Translations under genes and position numbers: made by a program
Assembly: GCA_951406725.2 (NCBI GenBank)
Contig: OX597822.1
Location: 100,750,001 to 100,814,000, forward strand
Length of the DNA: 64,000 nucleotides
Reading direction: 5' to 3'
DNA from: Octopus vulgaris
Taxonomy: Eukaryota
Shown here: in pieces, positions 1 through 13,457 of the stretch
Layout of the letters: every line of letters begins with the position of its first letter
How positions within the stretch are numbered: position 1 is the stretch's first letter
The notes under the pieces: generated by a model
What the model saw: the letters and a program-made list of their open reading frames with translations, nothing else
The model's database searches: none
Told to the model about the DNA's origin: nothing

Positions 1-682
1 ACACAAATATTCACAGTTTCAAACTTCAACTGCTTCAGGTGATGCAGTTGATCTTTAACTCCAGATTTACCCCTGATCTAACAGGCAACTGATCAAAACT
101 ACTTTAGCCTTAATCACTGTTTTTTTTTTAATCCTCAGGACCATGTTATGCAATGTGTCTGTCTTTTCTAAAATGGTAAGAGATGATCTGTGTGAGCTTT
201 ACTGACTCAATAACTGTGTAGAGAAATCCCTATTCAATCAAGAAGCAAACCCAATGAATCACGAGGCTCCCTTCTCAAGTTGTTACCACTTTCCAGCTGA
301 TTGTATGGGGCAATCATGTCTAGACAGGACACACACACACACACACACACACACATGCATACACAAATGATATCTTTCTTTTCAGTTCTTGTCTGCTAAA
401 TTCACTCACAAGGCTGTGGTCAGCCCTGTGATTATAGCAGATGGCACTTACCTAAGGTACCATGCATTGAAACTGAACACCAAACATCATGGCTGCAAAG
501 CAAAATTCTTGACCACACACCCATACCTGCACCTATAATCACGTGCAACTGTGCACACGTGATTTTATGGATGTGTTGAAGCAACCCTTTATATCATAAA
601 TAGCAATTTAGCCTTTTTGATAAATAGAAATTGATAAAATTAAGTATCAGGCTAAATTGAATATTGGAGATTGATAAAGGAT

Positions 683-1010
683 CAAGGGGGTAAAGACTCC
701 CTTTGGTCATGAATGACCATAGGACTGCACCTAGAAAGTTTCCCTCTGAGACACAAGTCCGGGTAAGGTTTTTTTATGTAAGACCAGAAGTCACCCATGC
801 ATATCAGCCTCTTCTCTCCACATCACCGATGTTATCCAAGGCAAAAGCAAAGGTAGATATAGCTTGGCACCAGTGATGTTGCAACCCATTTTTACAGCTG
901 AGTGATCGAGGGTAATATGAAATAAAGGGTCTTGCTCAAGAAGACAATATACAGCCAGGTCCTCATGATTGCGAGTCTGACGCTCTAACCACTGAGTCAT
1001 GCGCCTTCAC
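683..1010 (-). mobile_element. tRNA-derived SINE (family D-type head/core) with a long distinct 3' tail
   Basis: Minus strand starts GTGAAGGCGCATGACTCAGTGGTTAGAGCG (tRNA A-box-like) and has core TTCTTGAGCAAGAC...CACTCAGCTGTAAAAATGG, shared with copies at 6566, 19546 and 44359. Confidence 0.75.
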
Positions 1011-2199
1011 ATAAAAAGTTGCCAGAAGGTGGCTACAAGACTCAAATCCATACTCTTTAGATACTGGCTGAGTGCTCTAACCATTAAGCTACAACAGCTC
1101 CCGACAAGATTGATATGATCAACAAAAGCATTGAAGGTGGTGCACCAGCATAGCTGTCTAATGACTGAAACCAGTAAAAGAATAAAAAGAAACCACCTTT
1201 AAATATTAGTTTCTTGCGTGTTTCACATATAAAGAAAAAAAGTTGGATTTCACTGATCTGTTTGACTGACTGTCTGCCTCTCTCTCTCTCTCTCTCTCCC
1301 ACCTTCTCAAACATATTTTCATTTTCTGAGATACACTTTATACTGTTTAAAAATAATATTAATACAGCAGATAAAACCTGCCATTTACAATGCTTATATA
1401 AATCATTTACAGAGATATTTCCTCAAAATTATATGTTAGGGTGTTGGCACACAATTGCATACAGAGCTTTTTAAACAAACATATTTTTAAAAAAATAGTA
1501 GAAAAGGAAGCTAATTGCAAAGCAAATACCATTTCGGTCAATAGACAGATAAGCCTTGGGAATATTTTTATGTACGTATTCTTTGTTTAACAACATGTGC
1601 CTTACTATTCCAAACATCTTGGAGAGATGGAAATTACGGTGAATGCATTGTAATCTTAAGAACTGAAACAGATTTTTATGAATTGCATTTAAATTACCAC
1701 AACACTTAGATTTTGGCAGAACATATCTTTGGAATTCATAGGATTACACTATATTTAGTCCAACAAAAGATTCCAAGATTATAAAGCAACAAAGTGACTC
1801 ATCTTGATTTCACACATTATCTATAATATAAATTGGACATGGGCTATTTTTGTATTCTTTCTTGTCTTGAGGTTCACAGCCAAGTGGCTGGGGGGATTTG
1901 TGTGAAATTTGTGGAGACAGGTGCATAGATTGGAATGCGGCTTGTAGTTTTTCCCTAACCCCCATACTTAGCGAGAAAATCAATTAAAACTTTTTCTAAT
2001 GGAATTTCCCTCTTTCTTCTGCCATTAAAACAACCAGTTGCTTAGAAGCTGTTTTCTGACGGGGTGGGGTCAGGAAATTTTCATATAGTTGGAAGCTCCA
2101 ATCGAAACAGGGGACCCGAAATGATAAGGTTGACAAACACTGTTTTCTCTAATGAACTGGAATATTTATGATTTGAATTTCATCCAAATTGGAGATTGA

Positions 2200-2399
2200 G
2201 AATTTTAATAAAGGTTCTTTCCTTCTTTACACACCCTAAGAAAAATTCTAATCATGAATTTTTATAAGAAAAAAGTGTCCTAAGCCAAAGAGAGCATACA
2301 TGTCAAATTTGGTGAAATTTGGTTGAAAATTGTAGGAGTAGAAGTGGCTCACAAAACACACACACAGACAGACAGATAACTCGCCTTTAATATATAAGA
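2200..2399 (-). mobile_element. 5' end of a non-autonomous Helitron-like element
   Basis: Minus strand a|TCTTATATATTAAAGGCGAGTTATCTGTCTGTCTGTGTGTG has the same 5' architecture as the elements at 29377 and 38143; 3' end not located, so the left boundary is approximate. Confidence 0.4.
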
Positions 2400-2905
2400 T
2401 CATTGACCCCAGTGTTTAACTGGTACTTATTTTATGACCCCCTGAAAGGATGAAAGGCAAAGTCAACCTTGGCAGAGTTTGAACTAAGAACACAAAGTCG
2501 GATGAAATACCATGAAGTATTCTGCTTGGCATGCTAATTGGTTCTTCCAGCTTGCCAACTAAAGAATCAGTAATATGTAAATCTTCCAAAATAGCTACGA
2601 AATTGTCTTGACTTTTCTGTAATGTAAGGAGAAGTGGCAAAAAAAAAAAAAAGGAGAAATGTTAATCATCATAAAAAAACTAGAAGTATAAATCCAAATA
2701 TTTCCAAAGTTCCATGGAATGAAATGAATAATAAAATAAATTTTCTTTTGCAGGTAACATTATAAGACGATTGTATACCTATCCCTGATAGCCAGTACCT
2801 GCAATCTGGGAATGGAATGATCTACCAATTATCAAAACAAAATTCTTTCAAGCCCATGAAGGGCCTCTGTGTGCTTGTTTGACCTGGTTTCAACTCTGAA
2901 CATCC

Positions 2906-3310
2906 TACTCTTTTTACTCTCTTTTACTTGTTTCAGTCATTTGACTGCGGCCATGCTGGAGCACCGCCTTTAGTCGAGCAAATCAACCCCGGGACTTATT
3001 CTTTGTAAGCCCAGTACTTATTCTATCGGTCTCTTTTGCCGAACCGCTAAGTGACGGGGACATAAACATACCAGCATCGGTTATCAAGCAATGCTAGGGG
3101 GACAAACACAGACACACAAACATATATATGTATATATACATATACACAACAGGCTTCTTTCAGTTTCCGTCTACCAAATCCACTCACAAGGCATTGGTCG
3201 GCCCGGGGCTTTGGCAGAAGACACTTGCCCAAGATTCCACACAGTGGGACTGAACCCGAAACCATGTGGTTGGTTAGCAAGCTACTTACCACACAGCCAC
3301 TCCTGCGCCT
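2906..3310 (-). mobile_element. tRNA-derived SINE family A
   Basis: Head AGGCGCAGGAGTGGCTGTGTGGTAAG...GGTTCAGTCCC, internal (TA)n/(TG)n, tail GACTGAAACAAGTAAAAGAG; more than 10 copies in the window. Confidence 0.9.
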
Positions 3311-3539
3311 GTTTTTTTTTTTTTAACATATCAGGGAATACATTATCCAATGTGTCCTTCCTTTTTATTAAATGGTAGACTATTATTTAAGGGAGAGATA
3401 CAGCTGTTATTTCTCGGAAACTGAGTGACTGTATAGACAGTTCCTCATTAGTTTGTTGCAGTAAATGTTGTTGAGAATTAAGGCCTTAAAACTTTACTGT
3501 AACATTCATTCTAGGTCACACATAGTTATGGGATGTCAA

Positions 3540-4379
3540 TAATTGGTTGGGCTCACTGATAAGACTATGATCAGCAGAAGGGAGATTAGAAGGTTGGCTA
3601 GGTTGCTAAAATTAATGTCTCGTGATATCATGGAAGGGTTTGCCTCATTGCCAAGGCTGAGGTCATATGAATAATTTGGATTGAGTACTCAGAAGAAATG
3701 AAATAGCAGCTGTAAAATTGTAAATGGTTGTATTTGAAAACATTAAATACATAAGGCGCAGGAGTGGCTGTGTGGTAAGTAGCTTGCTAACCAACCACAT
3801 GGTTCTGGGTTCAGTCCCACTGCGTGGCATCTTGGGCAAGTGTCTTCTGCTATAGCCCCGGGCCGACCAATGCCTTGTGAGTGGATTTGGTAGACGGAAA
3901 CTGAAAGAAGCCTGTCGTATATATGTATATATATATGCGTGTGTGTGTTTATGTGTCTGTGTTTGTCCCCCCTAGCATTGCTTGACAACCGATGCTGGTG
4001 TGTTTACGTCCCCGTCACTTAGCGGTTCGGCAAAAGAGACCGATAGAATAAGTACTGGGCTTACAAAGAATAAGTCCCGGGGTCGATTTGCTCGACTAAA
4101 GGCGGTGCTCCAGCATGGCCGCAGTCAAATGACTGAAACAAGTAAAAGAGTAAAAGAGAGAGTAATTGGTTGGGCTCACTGATAAGACTATGATCAGCAG
4201 AAGGGAGATTAGAAGGTTGGCTAGGTTGCTAAAATTAATGTCTCGTGATAGCATGGAAGGGTTTGCCTCATTGCCAAGGCTGAGGTCACATGAATAATTT
4301 GGATTGAGTACTCAGAAGAAATGAAATAGCAGCTGTAAAATTGCAAATGGTTGTATTTGAGAACATTAAATACATAAGG
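3540..4379. repeat. 217-bp direct repeat (3540-3756 / 4163-4379) bracketing a SINE
   Basis: Manual alignment gives 4 substitutions in 217 bp. Confidence 0.9.
3754..4162 (+). mobile_element. tRNA-derived SINE family A, full length, flanked by a 217-bp direct repeat
   Basis: Same consensus as 2906-3310; flanks 3540-3756 and 4163-4379 are near-identical. Confidence 0.9.
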
Positions 4380-5165
4380 TATTTCTAAAATGTCACAGAT
4401 AATATGCATTCTAATATGGATTTATGTGTGTGTGTGTGTGTGTCTGTGTGTGTGTACAGAAGACGCATGTGCACACAGACTATCCATACCATAGCCAAAA
4501 GTTCACATTTTATATCTACATAATTTATAACATACATTTACACATACACACACACACACACAGCCACCACTATTACTATCACCGAAACTACGCACTACAA
4601 CCAACATAAATATCAATACCTCTACTACAACTACTACCGCCACTACCTTGATCACAAACACCAGCGCTGGCTGTTATCGCTTCTGTCATCATCACCAACT
4701 GCTGGGGTATATGTCAAACTAGATTCCTGCCTCAGATTCAATTGAGAGGTTGAGAAAAAGTTCAAACCGTGTATTGCAATTACTGTATGCAATCGCACAT
4801 AATTTGAGAAACAGTATAGCGTTATGATATTGAAATTGTATTTCCTGCTTTCTAGCTCGACACACGATGCTCTCCTTCAGTAGAACAGGAATTGAGTTAT
4901 TGCAACTTCCTTCCACTTTGACAGAATTCATTCCTTATTTTTTAGGCACTTTCTATGTGTGTGTGTGTGCGTGCGTGTATATATATATATATATTTCTAT
5001 GTAAAAATGTATCTATATGTTAATGTATTTATGTATGTATCCTTTGTATGATTCTGTATGCATTTCTCTCTCTTATATATATATGTCTATATCATTATCA
5101 TTTAATGTCTGTTTTCCATACTGGCATATATGTGTGTGTGTGTGTGCATAAAAAAAAAAAAAAAA

Positions 5166-5432
5166 ACCATCCGAATGTTGCCTTGGCTGGCTTCCGTGCC
5201 GCTGGCACGTTAAAAGCTCAAACCGATCGTGACCGATGCTGCCCCCCCCCCCGGCACCTGTGTAGGTGGCACGTAAAAAGCACCCACTACACTCGCGGAG
5301 TGGTTGGCGTTAGGAAGGGCATCCAGCCGTAGAAACTCTGCCAGATCAGACTGGAGCCTGGAGCAGCCCCTGGCTTCCCAGACTCCGGTCAAACCGTCCA
5401 ACCCGTGCTAGCGCGGAAAACGGACGTTAAAC

Positions 5433-5476
<44 letters not shown>
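5166..5476 (+). mobile_element. SINE family E (V-domain-like core, (GAT)n tail), 5' truncated
   Basis: Core GGTTGGCGTTAGGAAGGGCATCCAGCCGTAGAAAC; ends GGACGTTAAAC(GAT)n. Confidence 0.85.
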
Positions 5477-5477
<1 letters not shown>

Positions 5478-8025
5478 CTGTGTGCATGTGTGTAGGCCCT
5501 CATGTTTACATGCATATGTATTCGTGGGTTTTTTCTTCTGTTTATGTCATATTTTATAACAACTGTGTTTTATATTTCAGTTTCAGTTCCTGATGAAAGG
5601 CTTCAATGAAATAATTTGTCTTGAAAAGTCTTTGATCACAGTCATGCTCAATGAGAGCTAACTTAGAGCTAAAAAACAATAACAACAACAACAACAACAA
5701 CAACTACTACTACTCCTTTCTACTATAGGCACAAGGCCTGGAATTTTGGGGGAGTGGATAAGTTGATTGCATTGATCCCAGTGTGTAACTGGTACTTATT
5801 TCATTGACACTGAAAGGGTGAAAAGTAAAGCTGACCTTGGTAGAATTTGAACCCAGAACGTAAGGATGGATGAAATGCCGCTAAGCATTTCACCCGATGT
5901 GTTACTGATTCTGCCAGCAGGCTGCTTTACTACTACTAATAATAATAACCATAGTAGTGTCAAATTTTGGTTGGCACAAGATCAGCAATTTAACAGGAGG
6001 AGTTTAGTCCACTACATCAACCCCAGTATTCAGTCGGTATCTATCTTATCAATCATGGAAGGGGGGAAAGGCAAAGTAGTCCTTGGCAGGATTTGAACTC
6101 AGAACATAAAGAGTCAGAAGAAACGCCAGGTATTTTGTCTGACATTCTAACAATTCTGCCAGCTTGTTGCCTTCACTATTAATAATAATAATAATCCTTT
6201 CTGCTATAAGTACAAGGCCTGAAATTTTAAGGGAGGGCGCTTGTTGGTTAAATCACCCCCAGTGCTCAATTGGTACCTATTTCCTCCCCCGCCCTCTAAA
6301 GGATGGAAGCAAAACTGATTTCGTCGGAATTTGAACTTCGAATGTAAAGACAGGATAAGAATTTTGATCAAAATGCTAATGATTCTGCTAGCCCACTGCC
6401 CTACTACTACTCCTTTCTACTAAAGGCACAAGGCTTGAAATTTTTGTGGGAGGGAAATAGTTGATTACATCGACCCCTAGTAGTTGACTGGTACTTTTCT
6501 TTTATCACTGTTGGTAAGATGGAACTCTGAACCTAACAATTAAATACAAGGTAGTTTGTCTAGCGTGAAGGCACATGGCTCAGTGGTTAGAGTGTTGAGC
6601 TTACAAACGTGAAGTTGTAATTTCGAATCCTGGACCAGGCTGCGTGTTGTGTTCTTGAGCAAGACACTTTATTTCATGTTGCTCAAGTTCACTCAGCTGT
6701 AGAAATTAGTTGCGTCGTCACAGGTGCCAAGCTGTATCTGTTGAACCAAAAGGTGATTATCAATGAAATGATAAATAATATGTAAATTAATCATGCTTCT
6801 GTCTAGGAAATCATCCACAATAGATATAGCTTTAGTTAAGTTTAAGATGGATCTCAAAACAACTCCTAAAGTTGCACACAGAAAATCATTTTGAAATCAG
6901 CCAACAACTTTTGAATTGTTAAGTACTGTGTGAGACCATGAGGCCGTGAGGAAAATAAAATATCATTTGCTGGTGACAATTTTTATAAATGTATTCAAAA
7001 TAGCATGAGGTTTTAAAAGGACAAAACCAAATAATATGCCATAGAATTTCTAAAAACATTGCTGTGGAAAAGTAATTGCCAGTGCTAACAACAAAAGTGC
7101 AATGTGAAAGACATGCAAACCAAAACATGCAAAGATATACATATGCATATGCACACAAGATATGCAAGCATGCTTGCACAACTGTTCACCTACACACAGA
7201 TACATGGAGACGCATGATAGCAGGTATCCGAATGTACACATATTCTTGTACAATTAAAATGCCTCGTCTTAATCATGACACTCAAACTGAGGGGGATCAG
7301 TGTGAATATAATGTCAAAGCATTTTATTGTTTCAAATATCAGAGAGAAAGAGGAGAGTTGCAGTTATGTAACTAATTCGCCTGAGAAGTAGAAGCAGAGC
7401 ACAGTACAATTACAGAATTGTATAGTATAGGAAAGATGATGATGACAAAAAGCATGAGACAGACAGACAGATAGCTGGACAGATATGTTAAATATCTAAT
7501 TTGCCAAGCTGTTCTTCTTTAGGCATTTTCAATATTGAAAGCTCACGAGCAGAATTTTTTTTTTATGTCACTAGAAGCAGAGAAATCAAAGACAAAAACA
7601 AAACCAATGGTAATGTATGGCAGACAACTACAGCTATTAAATGATGCCAAGTAGACCAGTACAAGTAGTCAAAAGGCTTTGAAGTTGAGGTCATTTTTCT
7701 GTATGAACAGCACACTGTCAACTGAACTAATTTCAATTTAGTCCTAAGATATATACTGGGTTTGAGAGGTGGATATGGAGGGTATAGCTGAAACACTAGA
7801 AAAAGCAGTGAAATCTCCCTCAAATCGCACCTTGCAATCTTAAGAGATCGTTTATTGGATAATGTCTAGAGGAAAGGAAAGGGGTGGGAATAAAAATGGG
7901 ATTGCCAGAGTGGGAATGGCTTTTGATATAGGTCAGCTCTTGCATGACTCACCTAGGGCTAAATAACAATAACAATAATCTGACTCACTCTATGTGTGCA
8001 TGAACACGTGTGTATTTGTGTTATC

Positions 8026-8417
8026 TTACTCTTTTACTTGTTTTCAGTCATTTGACTGCGGCCATGCTGGAGCACCACCTTTAGTCGAGCAAATTGACCC
8101 CAGGACTTAGAATAAATACTAGGCTTACAAAGACTATCGGCCTCTTTTTGCCGAACAGCTAAGTTACAGGGACGTAAACACACCAGCATTGGTTGTCAAG
8201 CGATGTTGGGGAGGGGGGGACAAACACACACACACACATATATACAATATATATGACAGGCTTCTATCAGTTTCCGGCTACCAAATCCACTCGCAAGGCA
8301 TTGGTTGGCCTGAGGCTATAGTAGAAGACACTTGCCCAAGGTGCCATGCAGTGGGACTGAACCCAGAGCCATGTGGTTGGTAAGCAAGCTACTTACTACA
8401 CAGCCACACCTGTGCCT
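8026..8417 (-). mobile_element. SINE family A
   Basis: Matches the family A consensus. Confidence 0.85.
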
Positions 8418-8555
8418 ATATCTTGTACATGTGTAATGTATGTGTTAATAGAGATGTGATCTCAGAAAAAAATGCCACCAACTACAGAAAAGCATCTAAC
8501 TTTTACTCTACAGTTTATGTTACAGAGAAACAATTCTTAAAATTTATAGACTTGC

Positions 8556-8970
8556 TTAACCCTTTAGCATTTAAACCTGCCATATCCGGCCAAAACATTC
8601 TACCAGTTTTATTATCAAACTGACCGGATCTGGCCTCTCACACCAACCCTACAATATTATTCTAAAAATTAACAGTTACCTCTTCTGAATCTCAAAGCTA
8701 CAACATAATGCATGATTATGGCACCTGTGCCGGTGGCACGTAAAAAGTACCCGCTACACTCACGGAGTGGTTGGCATTAGGAAGGGCATCCAGCTTTAGA
8801 AACACTGTCAGATCAGACTTGAGCCTGGTGCAGCCTCCTGGCTTCCCAGACCCCGGTCGAACCGTCCAACCCGTGCTAGCACGGAAAACGGACGTTAAAC
8901 GATGATGATGATGAATGAGAATAAATAAGCAATACTTCTGACAGAAAAACTGTGAATGCGAAGGGGTTAA
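8556..8970. mobile_element. piggyBac-type MITE with a nested family E SINE (8718-8912)
   Basis: TTAA|CCCTTTAGCATT ... AATGCGAAGGGG|TTAA terminal inverted repeats with TTAA duplication. Confidence 0.7.
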
Positions 8971-9302
8971 ATCTGCCATGGGCCCTAATACTCAATTCAG
9001 TTTCCATGAGGTGTGACAGACAACACTCCACTGCCGAACAGGTTGCTGGTGCATTACAGGGTTTACTTTCTAGTTATTGCCATAACTCCTTTACAGTTGA
9101 GTGAACTGGACCAATGTGAAATGAAGAGTTTTGCTCAAGAACAGCATACATCGCTTGGATTGAGAATCAAAACCATGATATGATTGTGAGTGCAACATTT
9201 TAGCCATCAGATCATGTCCCTTCAACTTATAGCAGTGAGAAAATGAGGCTGTGTGATTTTTATTCATTTTTATTTAATTAATAATTGTAGGGCAATAATG
9301 AT

Positions 9303-9679
9303 GGATGGAAGCACTCCGTCGGTTACCACAACGAGGGTTCCGGTTGATCCGATCAACGGAACAGCCTGCTCCTGAAATTAACGTTTAAGTGGCTGAGCAC
9401 TCCACAGACACGTGCACCCTTAACGTAGTTCTCGGGGATATTCAGCGTGACACAGAGAGTGACAAGGCCGGCCCTTTGAAATACAGGTACAACAGAAACA
9501 GGAAGTAAGAGTGAGAGAAAGTTGTGGTGAAAGAGTACACCACCATCCCCTGCCGGAGCCTCGTGGAGCTTTAGGTGTTTTCGTTCAATAAACACTCACA
9601 ACGCCCGGTCTGGGAATCGAAACCGCGATCCTACGACCGCGAGTCCGCTGCCCTAACCACTGGGCCATTGCGCCTCTAC
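9303..9679 (-). mobile_element. tRNA-derived SINE family C, tail type 1
   Basis: Head GAGGCGCAATGGCCCAGTGGTTAGGGCAGCGGACTCGCGG...GGTTTCGATTCCC; 15-bp TSD TAGGGCAATAATGAT at 9288-9302 and 9680-9694. Confidence 0.9.
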
Positions 9680-10164
9680 TAGGGCAATAATGATATAGCT
9701 GTACTCATAACAAAGTTTGAAATTGCTTTGAAAAGTACAGAAATTTTTATGGTTTGGAGAAACAATAGTTCTATGTTCATAGTCATCGGAGGAGCTTCAA
9801 GACCAGGGAGGTCATTGTGATTAATATTCTACAACAGTTGCAAGTCTGTGACTGCAGGAGAAACATGCGCCTTGATCTCTCCCTTCCTCCAGGGTCGTAT
9901 CCTAAGGGATTCAATGTTTTAGGAGGAAGGACCAGGAGCACAACTAGGTCTTACTTTGCAATGTGTATCTGGGATTATTCAGTAATGTGAATATTTCTGT
10001 CTTTCAGTTTATGTTCACATTTTGGTAACAACAGTATTTATGGCTAAACATTACTGAATATAACCATTTTCATGCTAACTCACATAAAACCATTTCTAGT
10101 TTTACAATACAAATTTCCTATATTACAATGATGTAAATTAAAACCCCGCTTCATAATTTAATAT

Positions 10165-10398
10165 TAATTTCTTTACTACCCACAACGGGCTAAACATAGA
10201 GGGGACAAACAAGGACAGACAAAGGGATTAAGTCGATTACATCGACCCCAGTGCGTAACTGGTACTTAATTTATCAACCCCGAAAGGATGAAAGGCAAAG
10301 TCGACCTCGGCGGAATTTGAACTCGGAACGTAACGACAGACGAAATACTGCTACGAATTTTGCCTGGCGTGCTAACGTTTCTACCAGCTCGCCGCCTT
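10165..10398 (-). mobile_element. SINE family B, inserted in a piggyBac-type MITE relic
   Basis: AAGGCGGCGAGCTGG head, core GTCGACTTTGCCTTTCATCCTTTCGGGG...AAGTACCAG; TSD CTTCATAATTTAAT. Confidence 0.85.
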
Positions 10399-11545
10399 CA
10401 TAATTTAATGCTGATTTATGTTCCAGACATTAGCTTAATAATGACAAAGTTTATTTACTAAATTCATCATTACTATTAAAATTAACTGAAACCAAAAGCA
10501 GTATATTTCAACAGAAATATAGGAACAAAATAGTTAATTATCATCATCATCAGAGTTTTTACAGCTGCATTCTCTGCTTACATGGGTCAGATGGAATTTC
10601 CCATTATCATGTGATGTCAGGACAAGAAAGCACACACATACACACACACGACAGGTTTCTTTTCACATATACTGATCTGATCAGGACAGGTCTATAGAAG
10701 ACTCTTGCCCAATGTGCTACACAGAATCAGGATGTACTGCATGTATCCCATATAAGAAGTTGCTAAAGGGGTTGACATTAGGAAGGGTATCAGGACATAC
10801 AAAAATACTACCTCAAAAAGTCCCATCCAAATCATAGAAGCATAGGAAAATGAGAGTAAAAATTTTAATGTTGAATATACACATAAAACAATTTTTTTTG
10901 TACAAAATAACAAACAAAGTTCTCAAAAGTTCAGGATAGCCATGTAGCCATACATGAAGGATCAAGCTACCCCACTACCCAGTGAAGACCATAAAACAGT
11001 ATGTTCAAAGTATCAAGGTTATTTCAGTGATTGTGTGACACGATGCACTGTTTTCCACTCCCATACTAAAGAGAGTAGCATGACACAGCAGCAAATTTCC
11101 TGTGACAGGAAAAGTTGCTAGAATATGTAATAAACTCCAGGTCACATGTTACTGAACATTAGTTTTTAAAAGCATGCCTTTTCCTTCATTTATGTTCCTG
11201 AAATCAATATCTCCTACTTCAGTTTGTGTTTCACAGATGCAAACATGCTGAATTTTTAACAACAGCAAAGGTAGCTATTTTTATTTATTTATTTACAACA
11301 TATATTATTCTACCTGGATGGATACCTTTAGTAGTTCCTGTTGTCATTTAGATCAGGTTAAATTCAATCAAGCAAACCTATGATGAAAGGTGTTTTGGTA
11401 GTGATTATATCTTACTAAGGGTATTTAGGACTACATTATCCATTGTGCTGTAACCCAACCATTTTTTAAAGACAAGTATTGAGTGTGATTTGAGGGATAT
11501 TTGGTTGCTGTTTTTATCTAGTTGGGTAACCCCCATTGTTATTTC

Positions 11546-11817
11546 TATCAGGTTATCCCATAAGTTCTGTCTGAATTTTGAATAAAGAAAACAAGTGATC
11601 AAATGTTGTATTTAATTGAAATTTAATCATCAATGTACTTTCCCTGATTATCTCTGACTTCCTTCCATCTATTTACAAGCATTTAAATCCCACCAATGCA
11701 AAACTCTTTTGGTTTCAAAGCGAAGAACTCTGAAATGTCAGTTTCGACCTCCTCCTGGCTTGCGAAAGCTATGTCCCCCCGAATGATCTGTAAACTACGA
11801 AACAAATGGTAGTTAAG
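11546..11817 (-). pseudogene. mariner transposase C-terminal remnant with one terminal inverted repeat
   Basis: Minus frame 11817-11623: LNYHLFRSLQIIRGDIAFASQEEVETDISEFFALKPKEFCIGGI*MLVNRWKEVRDNQGKYIDD* (mariner DYHLFRSL...GI..L..RW...G.Y motif); terminus TA|TCAGGTTATCCCATAAGTT at 11546. Confidence 0.9.
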
Positions 11818-11942
11818 GCTCAATTGCTATTCTGACCCAGTCTTATGAACATGTAGAAACTCACTGATACACTTGGCATCCTGTTTAGTAACTGTTTTTT
11901 TTTTGTTTTTGTTTTCCAGTCTTGGCAAATGCCACTTAAATT

Positions 11943-12148
11943 TAAATTCCTAAACATTATCTGAAGTTATCTAAGGTTAGTTTATCTTTCAAATACATTG
12001 TGAATCTAACATGTATTATCTTTGCCAAATTCACAGCCTTACCTTGTTTAAATGGCTGTAATTCCTAAACATTATCTAAAGTTATCTAACATAAACTTAT
12101 TTTTTGAGCACTTAGTGAATTAGTTTATTTTTGTCAATTTCACTGCCT
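11943..12148. repeat. diverged tandem duplication, about 115-bp period
   Basis: AATTCCTAAACATTATCT(G/A)AAGTTATCTAA...TTCAC(A/T)GCCT occurs twice. Confidence 0.7.
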
Positions 12149-12806
12149 ATCTTTTTACTCTGATGATGTCACATTTTACAACAAGAAAAAAAATATATAT
12201 AAAATTATTCTAATAGTTGTACATGGTAAAAGCAAATGATATATAACTAGCGGTAGAACATAAAACTTCAGCTAAAGTATTTCAGAGCAATCTGGTAACC
12301 TTTTCTGAACTTAGCAGAAGTCTGTATTAGTTGTTTTAACATTTCAACAAGCTAGGTACCCCAATCTATCAACAGATGGTATGACTACTGCTAAATGTAT
12401 TTTTGCATGAAGTTCTAAAGCAAAATGGTAACGTCAGCTTTTGTATGTCTTTCCAGAATAAAGGTATGAGATAATTAAAATTAATAAGGTTAATTCTTTT
12501 CAACAGAAACGAGTTGTATTTTGTTGGATAACAGAGAAGTAAATCAGTTCTGACAAAGTTGGCTTTAAAGTTGAGTCGAAATAAATTTCTGCTTTCCAAA
12601 ATTGTGATTCCTGCTATAAATCCACTATTCTACTTTCTACCATACAGCAGCTATTGGACACTAAAGGCTGCAAAAATAATTTATTGATGCATTGGGAAGC
12701 CTTTGAACATTTTTGCATAATAAATATTTTATTAGATTGCTGTGGTTTTATTTGACTCACTGCGATATCATTGAGAGATGTGGCATGTTTTATTTACATT
12801 AATACA

Positions 12807-12844
<38 letters not shown>

Positions 12845-13371
12845 GGCTCATGTACTGAGAAGAGCACTATCGCTGTGAAAATAACATCCATCCATGAATT
12901 TATTTATTTATTAATTTTTAAATACATATTTTATCTGTGAATTTGCGAGTGTAATCTGGGAATGCATACAATGCCCTTCTCTGCCCTAGGTATATGGAAA
13001 ACACTCGGTGAGAAACGGAAGAAAATTTGAAGAAAGAAGGAAAAAAACATGATGATAATAATAATAATAATAATAATAAATGAATAAATAAAAATAGCAA
13101 TTTATTGTGGAAAGATCTGTATTTCAGATGATTTGTTTCTTGTAAAAATAAAACGGTCTATATTCATCATCATAATGATGGACAATATTGAAAGTTCAAA
13201 ATTAGATTATAATTTAATTAGTGATTAACGCAATAGAGCACTCATATAATGTAGCTATCTATATCACAGACATTAAGATATCTGTTTTAAAAATGACCTT
13301 TATTACATTAAAAGGCCAAGTTCACAACACCGAGGAAGGCATTTTAAACTTTAAAATACAGTGATATGATC

Positions 13372-13457
13372 TGTAACAAACATCAGTTTATTTATAAACT
13401 AGTTTCCTTCTGTGTAACAAACATCAGTTTATTTATAAACTAATTTCCTTGTGTGTA
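13372..13457. repeat. 42-bp tandem duplication
   Basis: TGTAACAAACATCAGTTTATTTATAAACTA(G/A)TTTCCTT occurs twice. Confidence 0.85.

Noticed and set aside
11-42. Minus-strand TCAC CTGAAGC ... GAAACT GTGA as a hammerhead
   Set aside because: A9 is missing, there is no credible stem II and no room for stem III
3754-3830. SINE heads as tRNA genes
   Set aside because: A/B-box-like motifs are present, but they continue into SINE bodies with tails and TSDs and I see no complete cloverleaf or oligo-T terminator
5586-5650. CTGATGA followed by a 7-bp stem (AAGGCTT/AAGTCTT) as a hammerhead
   Set aside because: GAAA is replaced by GATC and no stem I partner follows the GTC; at best an unrecognisable relic
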